A stretch of DNA of 63,574 nt, filler included, from 8 parts of 8 records of this genome joined end to end with filler, not necessarily neighbours in it, one strand, 5' to 3'; positions 33,626-45,083 are shown, numbered from the whole stretch's first letter. Numbers and translations are program-made. The notes: a model not told the origin generated them from the sequence alone.

Positions 33626-35086
33626 TCACTCTGCGGTTTCTCCACGGGTCAAAACACTAATGCAATTCTTCCCTGCATCCTTAGCAAGATAAAGCGCTTT
33701 ATCAGCACGGTCAATAATATTCCTGACAGAATCATCAGCTGCAAAAGTGGTAACTCCAAAACTGGCAGTTATACCACCGGCAACAATTTTTTGCAACTCA
33801 CTATCATCAACAATAGCCTTACGAAGCTTCTCAGCAATCTGCTCAGCGTTAAAAGCATCAGAGTCTATCAGCAATATAGAAAACTCCTCTCCTCCCCAAC
33901 GTGAAACATAGTCTGAATCTCTTATTTTTGCCTTTAATAACTCAGCAACCCGTATCAGAACCTTATCACCTACTGGATGACCGTAAGTATCATTTACTGG
34001 TTTAAAATCATCAATATCAAAAAAGATAAAACTTTTATTGTGCTTATCACGTTTGTACTGCAGCCAGACCTTCTTAAAGCTCTCATTAAATGTTCTCCGG
34101 TTAGCAAGCTGTGTAAGAGTGTCATAATGTGCAAAATAATTAAGTTTACTGGTATAAGCAGAAATAGTGCGCAGAATAATAAAAATAATAACCGAGGTAA
34201 TTATTAGTGAAATTATAAGGTTTATCAATAATTGCTGCCGTAATTTACCAGTAAACTGTGATAATGTTGCTTCAACAACCAGGTATAACCCCAACTGTTT
34301 TATATACTTACTCTTTACCAAATACTCTTTTGAATCGTACTCATACGCAGTAACACTTGATTTTTTTTCCAACAGTTCAGGCAGCAATTGGCTTGTCTTA
34401 TCTATCTCAAAAAGCCTTGTATTCTCACTTATCCCATCTTCAGAGAGAATAATCCCGCCCTGCTTATTCATGAGAAAAACATCGAGATTAAAATACTCTT
34501 TAAACCGATGAAACATCTTTGAAATATATGAGGTTCTAAATACGACACCTACAACCCCGAGGAATTTATGATTCTCATCGTAAATTTTATAATTAAAAAA
34601 CAATAATAAGTCATTATCAATTAATGCGTTACTATCGACATTGATCTCATGATCAACCTCTTGATGCTTGAACCTGAAATACCAGCTATTATGCTCTTTA
34701 TCTGGAGATAAAATCTCCAAAACACCCTCTTCAGTATAATATTTTTTAGTCTCATCAGAGACAAGAAAAGTATGCGAAAACCCATATTTTTCCTGTATTG
34801 TACTGAGATAATCAACAATCTTATCAGTACGCTGCTCCTCATTTACAACCCAGTCAAGCACAAACGTATCACTTGACATCATAGAAGATATAAGGCTTGG
34901 TTCAATAATAACCTTCTGAATATCAGTGTATATATTATCGGTTGATAGCGGTAAAGAACTCTCCTGCAGCTGCTTACGTGTCTGCTCAAATGCACTCCAG
35001 TAATTAGCTATAGACAGACCAAAAGAAAGCAGAATTATCAGAAAACAGATAAACCAGACAACATGATTTTTCACGATATACTTCAT
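33626..35086 (-). CDS. Membrane sensor diguanylate cyclase (Cache-like periplasmic domain + GGDEF)
   Basis: Two TMs; DTLTQLANRR, DIDDFKPVNDTYGH, RWGGEEF. Confidence 0.93.
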   Translation of the reverse strand: MKYIVKNHVVWFICFLIILLSFGLSIANYWSAFEQTRKQLQESSLPLSTDNIYTDIQKVIIEPSLISSMMSSDTFVLDWVVNEEQRTDKIVDYLSTIQEKYGFSHTFLVSDETKKYYTEEGVLEILSPDKEHNSWYFRFKHQEVDHEINVDSNALIDNDLLLFFNYKIYDENHKFLGVVGVVFRTSYISKMFHRFKEYFNLDVFLMNKQGGIILSEDGISENTRLFEIDKTSQLLPELLEKKSSVTAYEYDSKEYLVKSKYIKQLGLYLVVEATLSQFTGKLRQQLLINLIISLIITSVIIFIILRTISAYTSKLNYFAHYDTLTQLANRRTFNESFKKVWLQYKRDKHNKSFIFFDIDDFKPVNDTYGHPVGDKVLIRVAELLKAKIRDSDYVSRWGGEEFSILLIDSDAFNAEQIAEKLRKAIVDDSELQKIVAGGITASFGVTTFAADDSVRNIIDRADKALYLAKDAGKNCISVLTRGETAE

Positions 35087-35632
35087 ATCAATCGACTCTT
35101 TCTACTGAAATCCCACCTAAAAATGAAAATGCAATTAGCATATTAAGCCCTAAAAGACCAAGCTTAATGCACAAAACAATCATACTTGATTATACATCTA
35201 ATGCAAACCCAAATATGCTTAAATTTCAATATGCAAAGCTACAACAAAAAGCTCTATCTGCAATGGTATAGAAATGATAAACACCTCATCGCTAAAGAGT
35301 ATGCCCAGACACTCCTTATTACAGACAACCCTCCCCTGAAGACGGACTCCATTGATAATGCAATTCTTAAGATCACAAATAATGAAATATATACTTACAA
35401 TTATACAAAATCATTGAAGTATTTTCTGAAATATAGAACGCAACACTCTTCAACAACACCTGACAGACAAAATGTGTGTCAAACAACCAGCAACCTGTAC
35501 ACGCCAGTTCTATGAATGAATTAATATATTTTTGCTTTACAATAATATCAATACAGGTTATCATTTCACCACACGCAACACTAAACCTTATATTTACTTT
35601 AGTGCCAACAAATTTTAGTATTTTTCTGTAGG

Positions 35633-36267
35633 ATGTATATTGAAATGTCTAGCTCCTTAAGCTCTGAGAACCAAGAGCATGTATTGGCTGAATTAGAAAA
35701 AGCAGGAAGAAAGCTTTCTACACGGAGACTGGCTGAAAGGTTGCGGTTAGCTGGAGTAGATATACCTAATTATAAAATTAACAGAATACTTAGAGAACTA
35801 TATAGTGAAAACCGCATACGTAACGATCTTAATAAATGGTATCTTCCAACGACCAAACGCCATAGCTCAGTTATCAAGTGAGATATTTAGAGCTCCTGGA
35901 GGTGGCTGTTTCTCAGAAGGCGAGGTTGAGGAAGTGACAAGTCTCGTCAAGCGCATACTTCTCGATAATAACTACCGAGGTACCCTTAGAGTTATTACGC
36001 CTTTCAATACGCAAAAGAAAAGGCTTCAAGATAGGATTTTTGATGGTAACATTCCAAGCCACATAGTCGAAGGTTGTAAACTGCATGTGGATACGGTTCA
36101 TGGCTTTCAAGGCGATGAAAGGGATGTAATTATCTTCAGCCTCTGTGCAGGAGAGGATATGCCCCGTGGCTCTATGGGATTTATACGGAATAATGGCAAT
36201 CTATTTAATGTCGCAGCAAGCAGGGCGAGAGTTGTTCTCCATATTATTGGCAATAAATCCTGGGCTG
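35633..36267 (+). pseudogene. Winged-helix-like N-terminus joined out of frame to the C-terminal AAA_12 part of a DNA2/NAM7-type SF1 helicase
   Basis: VITPFNTQ, DTVHGFQGDERD, LFNVAASRAR; no Walker A/B half upstream. Confidence 0.6.
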
Positions 36268-36367
36268 NNNNNNNNNNNNNNNNNNNNNNNNNNNNNNNNN
36301 NNNNNNNNNNNTTAATTAATTAANNNNNNNNNNNNNNNNNNNNNNNNNNNNNNNNNNNNNNNNNNNN

Positions 36368-36751
36368 AAAAAAGGGCTTAAAATCGACGTGCAGTTAATG
36401 CCCATAGACATACGGCTTTACTTTAATGAAGGTCAAATGCGACAGGTATTGATGAATATTCTGTTAAACGCCATTCAGGCCAGTCCTGTGCATGGGGTAA
36501 TAAGTATGAGTGCAAATCAAAATAAACAAAAAGTATTTCTAAAAGTCAGGGATGACGGACCAGGCCTTTCTGAGGAAACAAAAAAACATCTTTTTGAACC
36601 ATTTTTTACCAACAAACCAGACGGAACCGGATTGGGGCTTGCCATTTCCAAAAGAATAATGGATAATCATAACGGTCGAATTCGTATTGATTCTGCTTCT
36701 GAAAAGGGTGCTATATTTATTCTGGAATTTGAGAAAAGTTATGAAAAATAA
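36368..36751 (+). CDS. Sensor histidine kinase, C-terminal HATPase fragment
   Basis: QVLMNILLNAIQA, DDGPG, FEPFFT, GTGLGLAIS. Confidence 0.9.
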   Translation, partial: KKGLKIDVQLMPIDIRLYFNEGQMRQVLMNILLNAIQASPVHGVISMSANQNKQKVFLKVRDDGPGLSEETKKHLFEPFFTNKPDGTGLGLAISKRIMDNHNGRIRIDSASEKGAIFILEFEKSYEK

Positions 36752-38093
36752 TCAAGATGAAATACTACTCATTGACGATGATATCAGCTTATGCACAGTT
36801 GTCTCGCATCAGCTGGAAAGTATGGGCTATGTGGTTACGGTTGCCAATAATGGTGAACGTGGTCTGGAGTCGTTCAATAAATCCGAATATAACCTCGTTT
36901 TGCTGGATTTACGTATGCCGGGCATGCACGGTATGGACGTCTTGCAAAGGATTCGATCGATAAATAATCAAATACCGATTATCATTATTTCCGCACATGG
37001 AACAGTTGACGATGCCATCAAAGCCTGTCACATGGGAGCGGATGATTATGTAACCAAACCTTTTGCCAAAGAACAGCTTTTATTTGCCATTGAAAAGGTA
37101 TTTCGCTTCAAACAGCTGGAAAATGATAACCGTCGATTGAGAAGTGAGCTCTCGGAAAAGTACCAATTGGGCCGTATTATCACTAAAAATAAAGCCATGT
37201 CTACCCTTCTTGACATGGCTTCCCGGGCAGCTCAGAGTGATGCCAGTGTGCTTCTCCTGGGTGAAAGCGGTACCGGTAAAGAATTACTGGCACGAGCCAT
37301 TCATCAAGAGTCACCACGACGAGATAAATCTTTTGTTGCCGTGAATTGTCCGTCTATTCCGGAATCGTTGATTGAGAGCGAATTATTTGGCCATGAAAAA
37401 GGTGCTTTTACCGGTGCATTGAGGGCAAAACCAGGTAAATTTGAGCTGGCTCATGAAGGAACGGTATTTTTAGATGAAATTGGGGATTTAAAGCTGGATT
37501 TGCAGGCGAAATTACTGCGTGTGTTGCAAGAACAGGAAATCGAACGGGTAGGCAGCCTGAAACCCATTAAAATTAATGTTCGAATAATTGCCGCGACGAA
37601 TCAGGATTTATTGAAATTGGTCAAAAACGGGCGCTTTCGTGAGGACCTTTATTACCGGCTGAATGTCATCCCTCTGTCTATCCCGGCTTTACGGGATCGC
37701 AAAGATGATATACCACTATTAGTAGATTACTTTGTACAAAAATATGCGACAAGAGAATTAAAGGTAGATCCGGCTTTTATCGAGCAACTCATGCATTATG
37801 ATTGGCCAGGTAATGTGCGCGAGCTGGAAAATATCGTGCAAAGAGCGACTGTCTTATGTCCCGGAGAAACGCTGGAATGCGATTTTGACGAATTCATCGA
37901 GAAGCCGCGCGTCCGGCTTGAAGGAAAATCTGAAAATTCACATAGGTCGCTTGAGGAGATCGAGAGACAGGCTATTATTACGGCTTTGCAGAAGAACCAA
38001 AATAATCAAACTCGTGCGGCAAAAGAACTTGAGATACCCAGGCATGTGCTTATCTATCGCATGAAAAAACTGGGGATAGCTTCTAATAAATAG
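36741..38093 (+). CDS. NtrC-family sigma54 response regulator
   Basis: REC domain, GESGTGKE, GAFTGA, WPGNVRELEN, Fis HTH. Confidence 0.95.
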   Translation: MKNNQDEILLIDDDISLCTVVSHQLESMGYVVTVANNGERGLESFNKSEYNLVLLDLRMPGMHGMDVLQRIRSINNQIPIIIISAHGTVDDAIKACHMGADDYVTKPFAKEQLLFAIEKVFRFKQLENDNRRLRSELSEKYQLGRIITKNKAMSTLLDMASRAAQSDASVLLLGESGTGKELLARAIHQESPRRDKSFVAVNCPSIPESLIESELFGHEKGAFTGALRAKPGKFELAHEGTVFLDEIGDLKLDLQAKLLRVLQEQEIERVGSLKPIKINVRIIAATNQDLLKLVKNGRFREDLYYRLNVIPLSIPALRDRKDDIPLLVDYFVQKYATRELKVDPAFIEQLMHYDWPGNVRELENIVQRATVLCPGETLECDFDEFIEKPRVRLEGKSENSHRSLEEIERQAIITALQKNQNNQTRAAKELEIPRHVLIYRMKKLGIASNK

Positions 38094-38220
38094 AATTCTT
38101 CTTACCTTTACAAATTTACTCCATTTTAAAAATACTTTCCAAATAAAGTAAAGCCAGCTTTTATAGTGTCTAATTAATTCCCGGAAAATTTAAATCTCTA
38201 ACCAGGATCTTTACGTCACC

Positions 38221-38257
38221 TGTAAAATTGTCTACAAAAGTTGTAGAATATTATACA
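38221..38257. promoter_or_regulatory. Tandem enhancer (UAS) sites
   Basis: TGTA-N8-TACA at 38221-38236 and 38242-38257, 21 bp apart, about 90-120 bp upstream of a sigma54 promoter. Confidence 0.7.
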
Positions 38258-38343
38258 ATCGAAATCTGGTAAAAGATTTTATCACACTATACAAGTCGAG
38301 TTAAGGCTCTTATAATAAGTAATATACGTATGTTATTGAAGAA

Positions 38344-38359
38344 TGGCATGGGCGTTGCA
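38344..38359 (+). promoter_or_regulatory. Sigma54 -24/-12 promoter of the efflux operon
   Basis: TGGCATG-GGCG-TTGCA. Confidence 0.8.
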
Positions 38360-38387
38360 TATAGAATGAGTAATTGGATTATTTTGA

Positions 38388-38678
38388 GTGAAAAAAATGA
38401 AAATACATTATTACACATTACTCTTTTTATTGATCGGCCTGTTTGGATTTATCCTGTTTTTTCCGGTTCCCATATCGGCTACGGATTGTTGTCTTTGGCA
38501 CTATTTATTCCATGAGGAGCAAACAAAAATGGCTGTGTTATCACATGTACATATGAATCATCACCATATGATCCGGGATTATATTTTTCCCTATGGATTT
38601 ATATGGTGGATGAGTATCGCATTTTTATACTGGAGCATCAAAAAATTATCTGAGAAAGGTGAAAGAAAAGTAAAATGA
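38388..38678 (+). CDS. Small two-TM His/Cys/Met-rich protein
   Basis: DCCLWH..HVHMNHHHM between two hydrophobic segments; ATGA overlap with the next gene. Confidence 0.6.
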   Translation: MKKMKIHYYTLLFLLIGLFGFILFFPVPISATDCCLWHYLFHEEQTKMAVLSHVHMNHHHMIRDYIFPYGFIWWMSIAFLYWSIKKLSEKGERKVK

Positions 38679-39943
38679 GGTTCGTTAAATTACTTTTATT
38701 GGTGTTTATTTTCAGCAGAATCGGATTTGCGCAAGTGGAGGTACCAGAGCAACTTACAGGATTCATAGAAATAGCTCTAAAAGACAATCCGAGAATTGAA
38801 GCCGCTTTACAGCGTGTCAACGCCCTTGATAAAGTTGTACCCCAGGCAGGGGCTCTTCCGGATCCGCAGTTAACGCTTGGTTTAATGAATCTGCCTGTGA
38901 ACAGTTTTGATTTTGATCAGGAGCCCATGACCGGAAAATTGATCTCCATCATGCACATGTTTCCCTTTCCAGGTAAATTGGGTTTTTCAACAGATATAGC
39001 TGAATTTGAAACTCAGGCAGGCGTATATCGTCAGCAAGAGATACGCAATCAGGTCGTGACCATGGTGAAGAAAGTTTATTATGATTTATATGTCGCTGAT
39101 CGCGCCATTGAAATTGTACAGGCCAATCAAACTCTTATTGAGCAGTTTGTGAGTGTGGCAGAGACAAAGTATGCCACTGGATCCGGATTGCAACAGGATG
39201 TTTTGCGGGCTCAGCTAGAGTTGTCAAAGATGGAAGATGATCTGATTATGTGGCAACAAAAAAGAAAGATTATTGAGGCAAAACTCAATGCACTATTAGA
39301 TCGTCCCGCACATACCCTGATAGATATAACCAATTCAGAGTTGCCATTACCTGATGATGTTTTAGCAAAAGTGGAATTGGAGAAAATCGAGAGTGACAGA
39401 CCCTTGTTATTAGCCTGGAAAGCGATGTTGAATAAAGCCGACATAGCTGTCAAGCTCGCGCGTCGGGATTACTGGCCGAATTTTACAGTAGGTGCCAGCT
39501 ATAGTCAACGGGATAATCTGAAAAATGGCGCGACGATGCACGACTTTTTTTCAGCCACGGTTTCATTGAACATTCCTCTTTATTTTAATCGCAAACAAAA
39601 GCCAAAAGTACAGCAAAAACAATTTGATCTTGTTTCTCTTCAGTCTGAATATGAGAGCGTGCGGAATGATGTCCTTGCTGAGATCGAGGGTTTGCGCGCA
39701 GAATTGGTGCGAAATCAAAAACGAGTTGATCTTTACAAGGAAGGCATTTTGTTGCAGGCGCAACAATCACTGGAATCAGCCTTAGCCGGATATCAGGTTG
39801 GGAAGGTGGATTTTATTACACTGATCAATAACTGGATGTTATTGCAAAATTATGAATTGCAATTTTATCGCGCATTGGCCGATTACTGGAAGGCTTCAGC
39901 CAGTTACGAGTTTGCACTGGGACGGGATTTGATACAAGAGTAA
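38675..39943 (+). CDS. TolC/CusC-family outer-membrane efflux protein
   Basis: QAGALPDP, FPFPGKL, YATGSGLQQDVLRAQ, YQVGKVDF. Confidence 0.9.
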   Translation: MRFVKLLLLVFIFSRIGFAQVEVPEQLTGFIEIALKDNPRIEAALQRVNALDKVVPQAGALPDPQLTLGLMNLPVNSFDFDQEPMTGKLISIMHMFPFPGKLGFSTDIAEFETQAGVYRQQEIRNQVVTMVKKVYYDLYVADRAIEIVQANQTLIEQFVSVAETKYATGSGLQQDVLRAQLELSKMEDDLIMWQQKRKIIEAKLNALLDRPAHTLIDITNSELPLPDDVLAKVELEKIESDRPLLLAWKAMLNKADIAVKLARRDYWPNFTVGASYSQRDNLKNGATMHDFFSATVSLNIPLYFNRKQKPKVQQKQFDLVSLQSEYESVRNDVLAEIEGLRAELVRNQKRVDLYKEGILLQAQQSLESALAGYQVGKVDFITLINNWMLLQNYELQFYRALADYWKASASYEFALGRDLIQE

Positions 39944-39994
39944 CGCATGGAAAAAAGTGAATAATGTGATATTATTCAGGGAGTGAGATATAAA

Positions 39995-41748
39995 ATGAAC
40001 TTAAAGACATTAGCCATATTAATATTAGGTATTCTGGTTGGCGGCACCGTCACCTATCTGGTTGTGCCAAAGGGTGTCTCAACGACTTCCAGCATGTCGG
40101 AAGAAAATAAACAACTTTATTCATGCGGCATGCACCCGGAAGTGCTGTCAGAGGAACCAGGTGATTGTCCTATTTGCAATATGAAGTTGACACCGATAAA
40201 AAGCAGTGCCCAGGAATCAGAGGGGCCGGACAAAAAGGCGAAATATTGTACTGGCAAGCTCCAATGGACCCCACAGAAATTTACGAAAAGCCTGGTAAAT
40301 CAAAAATGGGAATGGATTTGGTCCCGGTCTATGAGGGTGAGGAAGCAGGTGGGAGTGGCAGTATTACAATTGATGGCGCTATTCAACAAAATATGAATTT
40401 GCGGACTGCTATGGTGGAGCGCCGGCCAGTTTCACGAGTCATTCGTGCGTATGGTAAAGTGACTTATGCGCAGGATAAACAATTTTCAGTCAATACAAAA
40501 TTGAATGGCTGGATCGAAAAACTCTATGTGAACACAGCCGGTCAGCGAGTTCGCAAGGGCGAACCATTATTAGAGATTTATTCACCCGAATTGGTTTCTA
40601 CCCAGGAAGAGTATCTGCTGGCTTTGCGGAATTCAGAAAAAATGGCCTCCAGTTCTTTTGAACGTGTTCGTCAGGGAGCACAGACATTGCTGACTTCTGC
40701 AAGAAATCGTCTGGAGTACTGGGATATTTCAACCGAAGAAATAATGAAAATTGAAAAGACGGGTCAGGTACAACGGACCATTTTGCTAAGAGCACCAATC
40801 AACGGTGTTGTGACCCACAAGGCCGTTGTCCAGGGCGATAAAGTTATGTCAGGAATGGATCTTTTTCACATCGCTGACCTGAATAAAATCTGGGTTGAAG
40901 CGACGGTTTATGAATCAGAGCTCCCATTAGTAAAGGAAGGCCAGAAAGCTGACCTGATGCTGGATTATCAGCCAGGTGAAGTCATTAGGGGTAAGGTTGA
41001 ATTTATATATCCTTATCTCGATCAGAAATCACAGGCAGTAAATGTCAGGATGGTATTTAATAATTCAAAAGGTCTTTTAAAACCGGATATGTACGCAACA
41101 GTCAGCATTCACAGCCCTGTTGTGAGTGACGCGCTCGTGATACCAACGGAATCCGTGATCCATTCCGGCAAACGAAAAATTGTTTTTGTGACGAAAGATG
41201 AGGGTAAGTTCGAACCGCGCGAAATCCGCCTCGGTGCTGAAGGGGATGATGGTTATGTACAAGTCCTGTCTGGCTTGTTTGACCACGAAAAAGTCGTTTC
41301 CTCCGGTCAATTCTTGCTGGATTCGGAAAGTCGCACTCGTGAAGCCATTGCCAAGATGCGAGCTGCAGCCAGGATGTCGGGCGAAAAGCCTGTACAAAAG
41401 AATATGGAGAGCATGAAGCAAGCTGAAGAAAAGCAGGAAGCCCATTCAGAGCATTCGCATGAAATGGATCAAGCGGATATGGAAACCAGTCATGAAGGGC
41501 ATGATCATGCAGAACAGAAATTATACGCTTGCTCCATGCATCCGGATTTTATGACCAGTAATCCAAACGGGAAATGCCCGGAATGCGGTATGAAACTGAC
41601 ACCCATCAAAGAGATGGCTGATCAGGTGGATCCTGATAACGCACAATGGTATACATGTCCTATGCACCTTGATTTTGTGACAACAGATAAGGATGGGCGT
41701 TGTCCGGAGTGTGGGATGAAGCTGGATAAAATGAGCAAGAGTGAATGA
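39995..41748 (+). CDS. cusB: CusB-type RND periplasmic adaptor with heavy-metal-binding motifs, frameshift ~40232
   Basis: YSCGMHP, YWQAPMDP..KSKMGMDLVP, YSPELVSTQEEYL, two further CxMH..CPECGM motifs, His-rich linker. Confidence 0.88.
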
Positions 41749-41783
41749 CCCACTTTCATAAATAATAGAAAACGGAAAAGAAC

Positions 41784-44700
41784 ATGTTAGAAAAAATTAT
41801 TGAATGGTCTGTTCATAATCGTGTACTGGTTATTATTGGCATGGTTGCCATTATATTCGCCGGATTCTATGCCATTCAGAATACGCCTGTGGATGCCATT
41901 CCGGATTTGAGTGATGTGCAGGTTATTATCATGACAGAATATGCCGGACAGGGGCCGAATGTGGTGGAAGATCAGGTGACCTATCCGCTTACAACAGCCA
42001 TGCTGGCCGTACCTTATGCCAAGGTCGTGCGCGGCTATTCCTTTTTCGGTCTCTCCATGGTTTATATTATTTTTGAGGATGGAACCGATCTGTACTGGGC
42101 CCGGAGCCGGGTATTGGAATATCTCAACTTTGCCGCCAACCGCCTGCCCCAGGGTGTGACACCGCAGTTAGGACCGGATGCAACCGGTGTAGGCTGGGTT
42201 TATGAATATGTGCTGGATGGAGGTGATACGGTGGATTTGCAACAGTTACGTTCCATTCAGGATTGGTATTTGCGTTACGAACTGGCCAGTGTTCCGGGTG
42301 TCAGTGAAGTGGCCAGTATAGGTGGTTTTGTCAAGCAATACCAGGTGGAAGTCGATCCTGTAAAGCTGCAGGCTCTGAATATCCCATTGCAAAAAGTGCG
42401 GATGGCTATCAAAAACAGCAACAATGATGTGGGAGGCCGTCTGGTGGAGATGGGAGAAACAGAATTTATGGTTCGGGGATTGGGTTATATAAAATCTGTG
42501 CAAGATTTAAAAAGTGTTCCAGTGGGCATGGGTCCCAATAATTCGCCTATACTGTTAAAGGATGTGGCGCATGTGCACATTGGACCTGAGTTACGCCGGG
42601 GTCTCGCAGAATGGAATGGACAGGGGGAAACTGTCGGTGGTATCATCGTGATGCGATACGGCGAAAATGCGTTAAAGGTCATCGATAATGTCAAAATGAA
42701 ACTGGAAGAGTTGAAAAAGGGCTTACCCGAAGGTGTGACCATCAAAACAGCCTACGATCGATCCACATTGATAAAAAGAGCGATAAGTACTCTAAAGGAA
42801 AAGCTGTTGGAAGAGAGTATCGTTGTTGCCCTGGTGATTATGGTCTTTTTATTACATCTTCGCAGTTCTTTTGTGGCCATCATTACTCTTCCCTTGGGAG
42901 TTTTGATCGCTTTCATTGTCATGCATGCGCAAGGATTAAACGCGAATATTATGTCGCTTGGAGGTATTGCCATTGCCATCGGCGCCATGGTGGATGCGGT
43001 TATTGTGATGATTGAAAACGTCCATAAACATATGGAACGAGGCGAGCTCCTGGGTGAAAAGGACCACTGGGCGATGATCACTAAAGCCTCGAAAGAGGTT
43101 GGGCCTGCTCTATTTTATTCTTTGCTCATCATCACATTATCCTTTTTGCCGGTTTTTACCCTGCAGCAACAGGAAGGCAGATTGTTTAAACCTCTCGCAT
43201 TCACCAAAACCTATGCTATGGCTGCTTCGGCTTTTCTGGCCATTACTGTTGTGCCGGTACTGATGGGCTATCTCATTCGTGGTAAAATCAGATCAGAAGA
43301 AAAACATCCATTGAGCCGATTTTTGATCCGAATCTATCGCCCGGTTATTCATTTCGTGTTACGCCACAAGATAGGCACCATAATCGTAGCTGTTTTAATT
43401 GTTCTGGTTAGCTTTTTCCCGTTCACCCGGCTGGGATCCGAGTTTATGCCACCATTAAATGAGGGTGATTTGCTTTATATGCCGACCACCTTGCCGGGCA
43501 TATCTGTTACAAAAGCCAAAGAATTGTTACAGCAGACCGATAAAATCATTGCCAGTTTCCCGGAGGTGGAATCGGTCTTTGGTAAAATTGGTCGGGCGGA
43601 AACAGCCACAGATCCGGCACCTTTGACCATGATCGAAACCACTATTATTCTTAAAGATAAAAAAGAATGGCGGCCGGGCATGAACATGGACAAATTGATT
43701 GAGGAATTGAACGATGCGGTTCAATTTCCGGGTCTGACAAATGCCTGGACCATGCCTATAAGAACCCGGATTGATATGCTCAGCACAGGCATCAAGACAC
43801 CGGTTGGTATCAAACTTATGGGCCCTGATTTGCAAATTCTGAGTGATTTGGGTGAAGAGATCGAGGCCGTGATCAGAACCGTGCCGGGAACGGCCAGTGT
43901 TATTTCGGAACGCGTGACTGGCGGCAATTATCTTGATTTTACCATCAAACGTGAAGCGGCGGCACGATATGGTTTGACGGTTGGTGATGTGCAGGCGATC
44001 ATCATGTCGGCCATTGGTGGTATGAATGTGAGTACAGCAGTGGAGGGATTGGAACGATATCCCATTAATGTGCGTTATAGTCGGGAGCTTCGTGATAACA
44101 TATCGGCCTTAAACCGGGTGCTTATTCCCACCCCTGGTGGAGCGCACATACCGCTTGGTCAGGTGGCCGATCTGGAAGTGAAAAAAGGCCCTGCCGGTAT
44201 CAAGAGTGAAAACGCGCGCCGGACAGCGTGGTTATATGTGGATTTAAAGGATATCGATGTAGGTACGTATGTAAAAAAGGCCAGGGACATCGTTGATAGT
44301 CATGTTACTTTTCCGGCCGGGTACAGCATTGTGTGGAGCGGTCAGTATGAATATATGCAACGGGCACAGGAGCGTTTGCGGGTTGTGGTACCCATTACAT
44401 TGATGATTATTTTTCTGTTATTGTATTTTAATTTCAAGAATATAACGGAAAGTCTCATAATAATGCTGTCACTGCCATTCGCGCTTGTGGGAGGTGTCTG
44501 GCTCATGTGGTTCAGTGGTTACAATATGAGCGTGGCTGTGGTGGTTGGATTCATCGCTCTGGCCGGTGTGGCAGCGGAAACCGGTGTGGTGATGCTGTTG
44601 TATATGGATAATGCCTATAAGGACCGGCTAAAACAAGGCCTGATGAAAACAAAATCAGACCTGCATGCGGCCGTGGTGCATGGCGCTGTGGAGCGAGTCC

Positions 44701-44897
44701 GGCCGAAACTGATGACTGTGATGACAACGATTATGGGACTGCTACCAATTATGTGGAGTCATGGCACCGGTTCCCAGGTCATGAAACGAATTGCCGCACC
44801 CATGGTCGGTGGATTAATCACCTCCACAATACTGACACTGGTTGTTATTCCAGCCATCTATTTCCTGTGGATGGGCAGAGGATTGGCCGAGGAGTGA
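41784..44897 (+). CDS. cusA: CusA/CzcA heavy-metal RND transporter (Cu/Ag type)
   Basis: DAIPDLSDVQVII, GPDATGVGW, EFMPPLNEGDLLYMP, APLTMIET, RPKLMT. Confidence 0.95.
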   Translation: MLEKIIEWSVHNRVLVIIGMVAIIFAGFYAIQNTPVDAIPDLSDVQVIIMTEYAGQGPNVVEDQVTYPLTTAMLAVPYAKVVRGYSFFGLSMVYIIFEDGTDLYWARSRVLEYLNFAANRLPQGVTPQLGPDATGVGWVYEYVLDGGDTVDLQQLRSIQDWYLRYELASVPGVSEVASIGGFVKQYQVEVDPVKLQALNIPLQKVRMAIKNSNNDVGGRLVEMGETEFMVRGLGYIKSVQDLKSVPVGMGPNNSPILLKDVAHVHIGPELRRGLAEWNGQGETVGGIIVMRYGENALKVIDNVKMKLEELKKGLPEGVTIKTAYDRSTLIKRAISTLKEKLLEESIVVALVIMVFLLHLRSSFVAIITLPLGVLIAFIVMHAQGLNANIMSLGGIAIAIGAMVDAVIVMIENVHKHMERGELLGEKDHWAMITKASKEVGPALFYSLLIITLSFLPVFTLQQQEGRLFKPLAFTKTYAMAASAFLAITVVPVLMGYLIRGKIRSEEKHPLSRFLIRIYRPVIHFVLRHKIGTIIVAVLIVLVSFFPFTRLGSEFMPPLNEGDLLYMPTTLPGISVTKAKELLQQTDKIIASFPEVESVFGKIGRAETATDPAPLTMIETTIILKDKKEWRPGMNMDKLIEELNDAVQFPGLTNAWTMPIRTRIDMLSTGIKTPVGIKLMGPDLQILSDLGEEIEAVIRTVPGTASVISERVTGGNYLDFTIKREAAARYGLTVGDVQAIIMSAIGGMNVSTAVEGLERYPINVRYSRELRDNISALNRVLIPTPGGAHIPLGQVADLEVKKGPAGIKSENARRTAWLYVDLKDIDVGTYVKKARDIVDSHVTFPAGYSIVWSGQYEYMQRAQERLRVVVPITLMIIFLLLYFNFKNITESLIIMLSLPFALVGGVWLMWFSGYNMSVAVVVGFIALAGVAAETGVVMLLYMDNAYKDRLKQGLMKTKSDLHAAVVHGAVERVRPKLMTVMTTIMGLLPIMWSHGTGSQVMKRIAAPMVGGLITSTILTLVVIPAIYFLWMGRGLAEE

Positions 44898-44953
44898 ATG
44901 AATGCCAATAAAATATGTAGTAGCAAAGTGAGCACAGAATGCAACGATTAATC

Positions 44954-44981
44954 TCCGTCCCAAGTTGCAACTTGGGACGGA
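44954..44981. repeat. Perfect 28-bp palindrome, REP-like
   Basis: TCCGTCCCAAGTTG|CAACTTGGGACGGA at contig end. Confidence 0.7.
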
Positions 44982-45083
44982 ACNNNNNNNNNNNNNNNNN
45001 NNNNNNNNNNNNNNNNNNNNNNNNNNNTTAATTAATTAANNNNNNNNNNNNNNNNNNNNNNNNNNNNNNNNNNNNNNNNNNNN

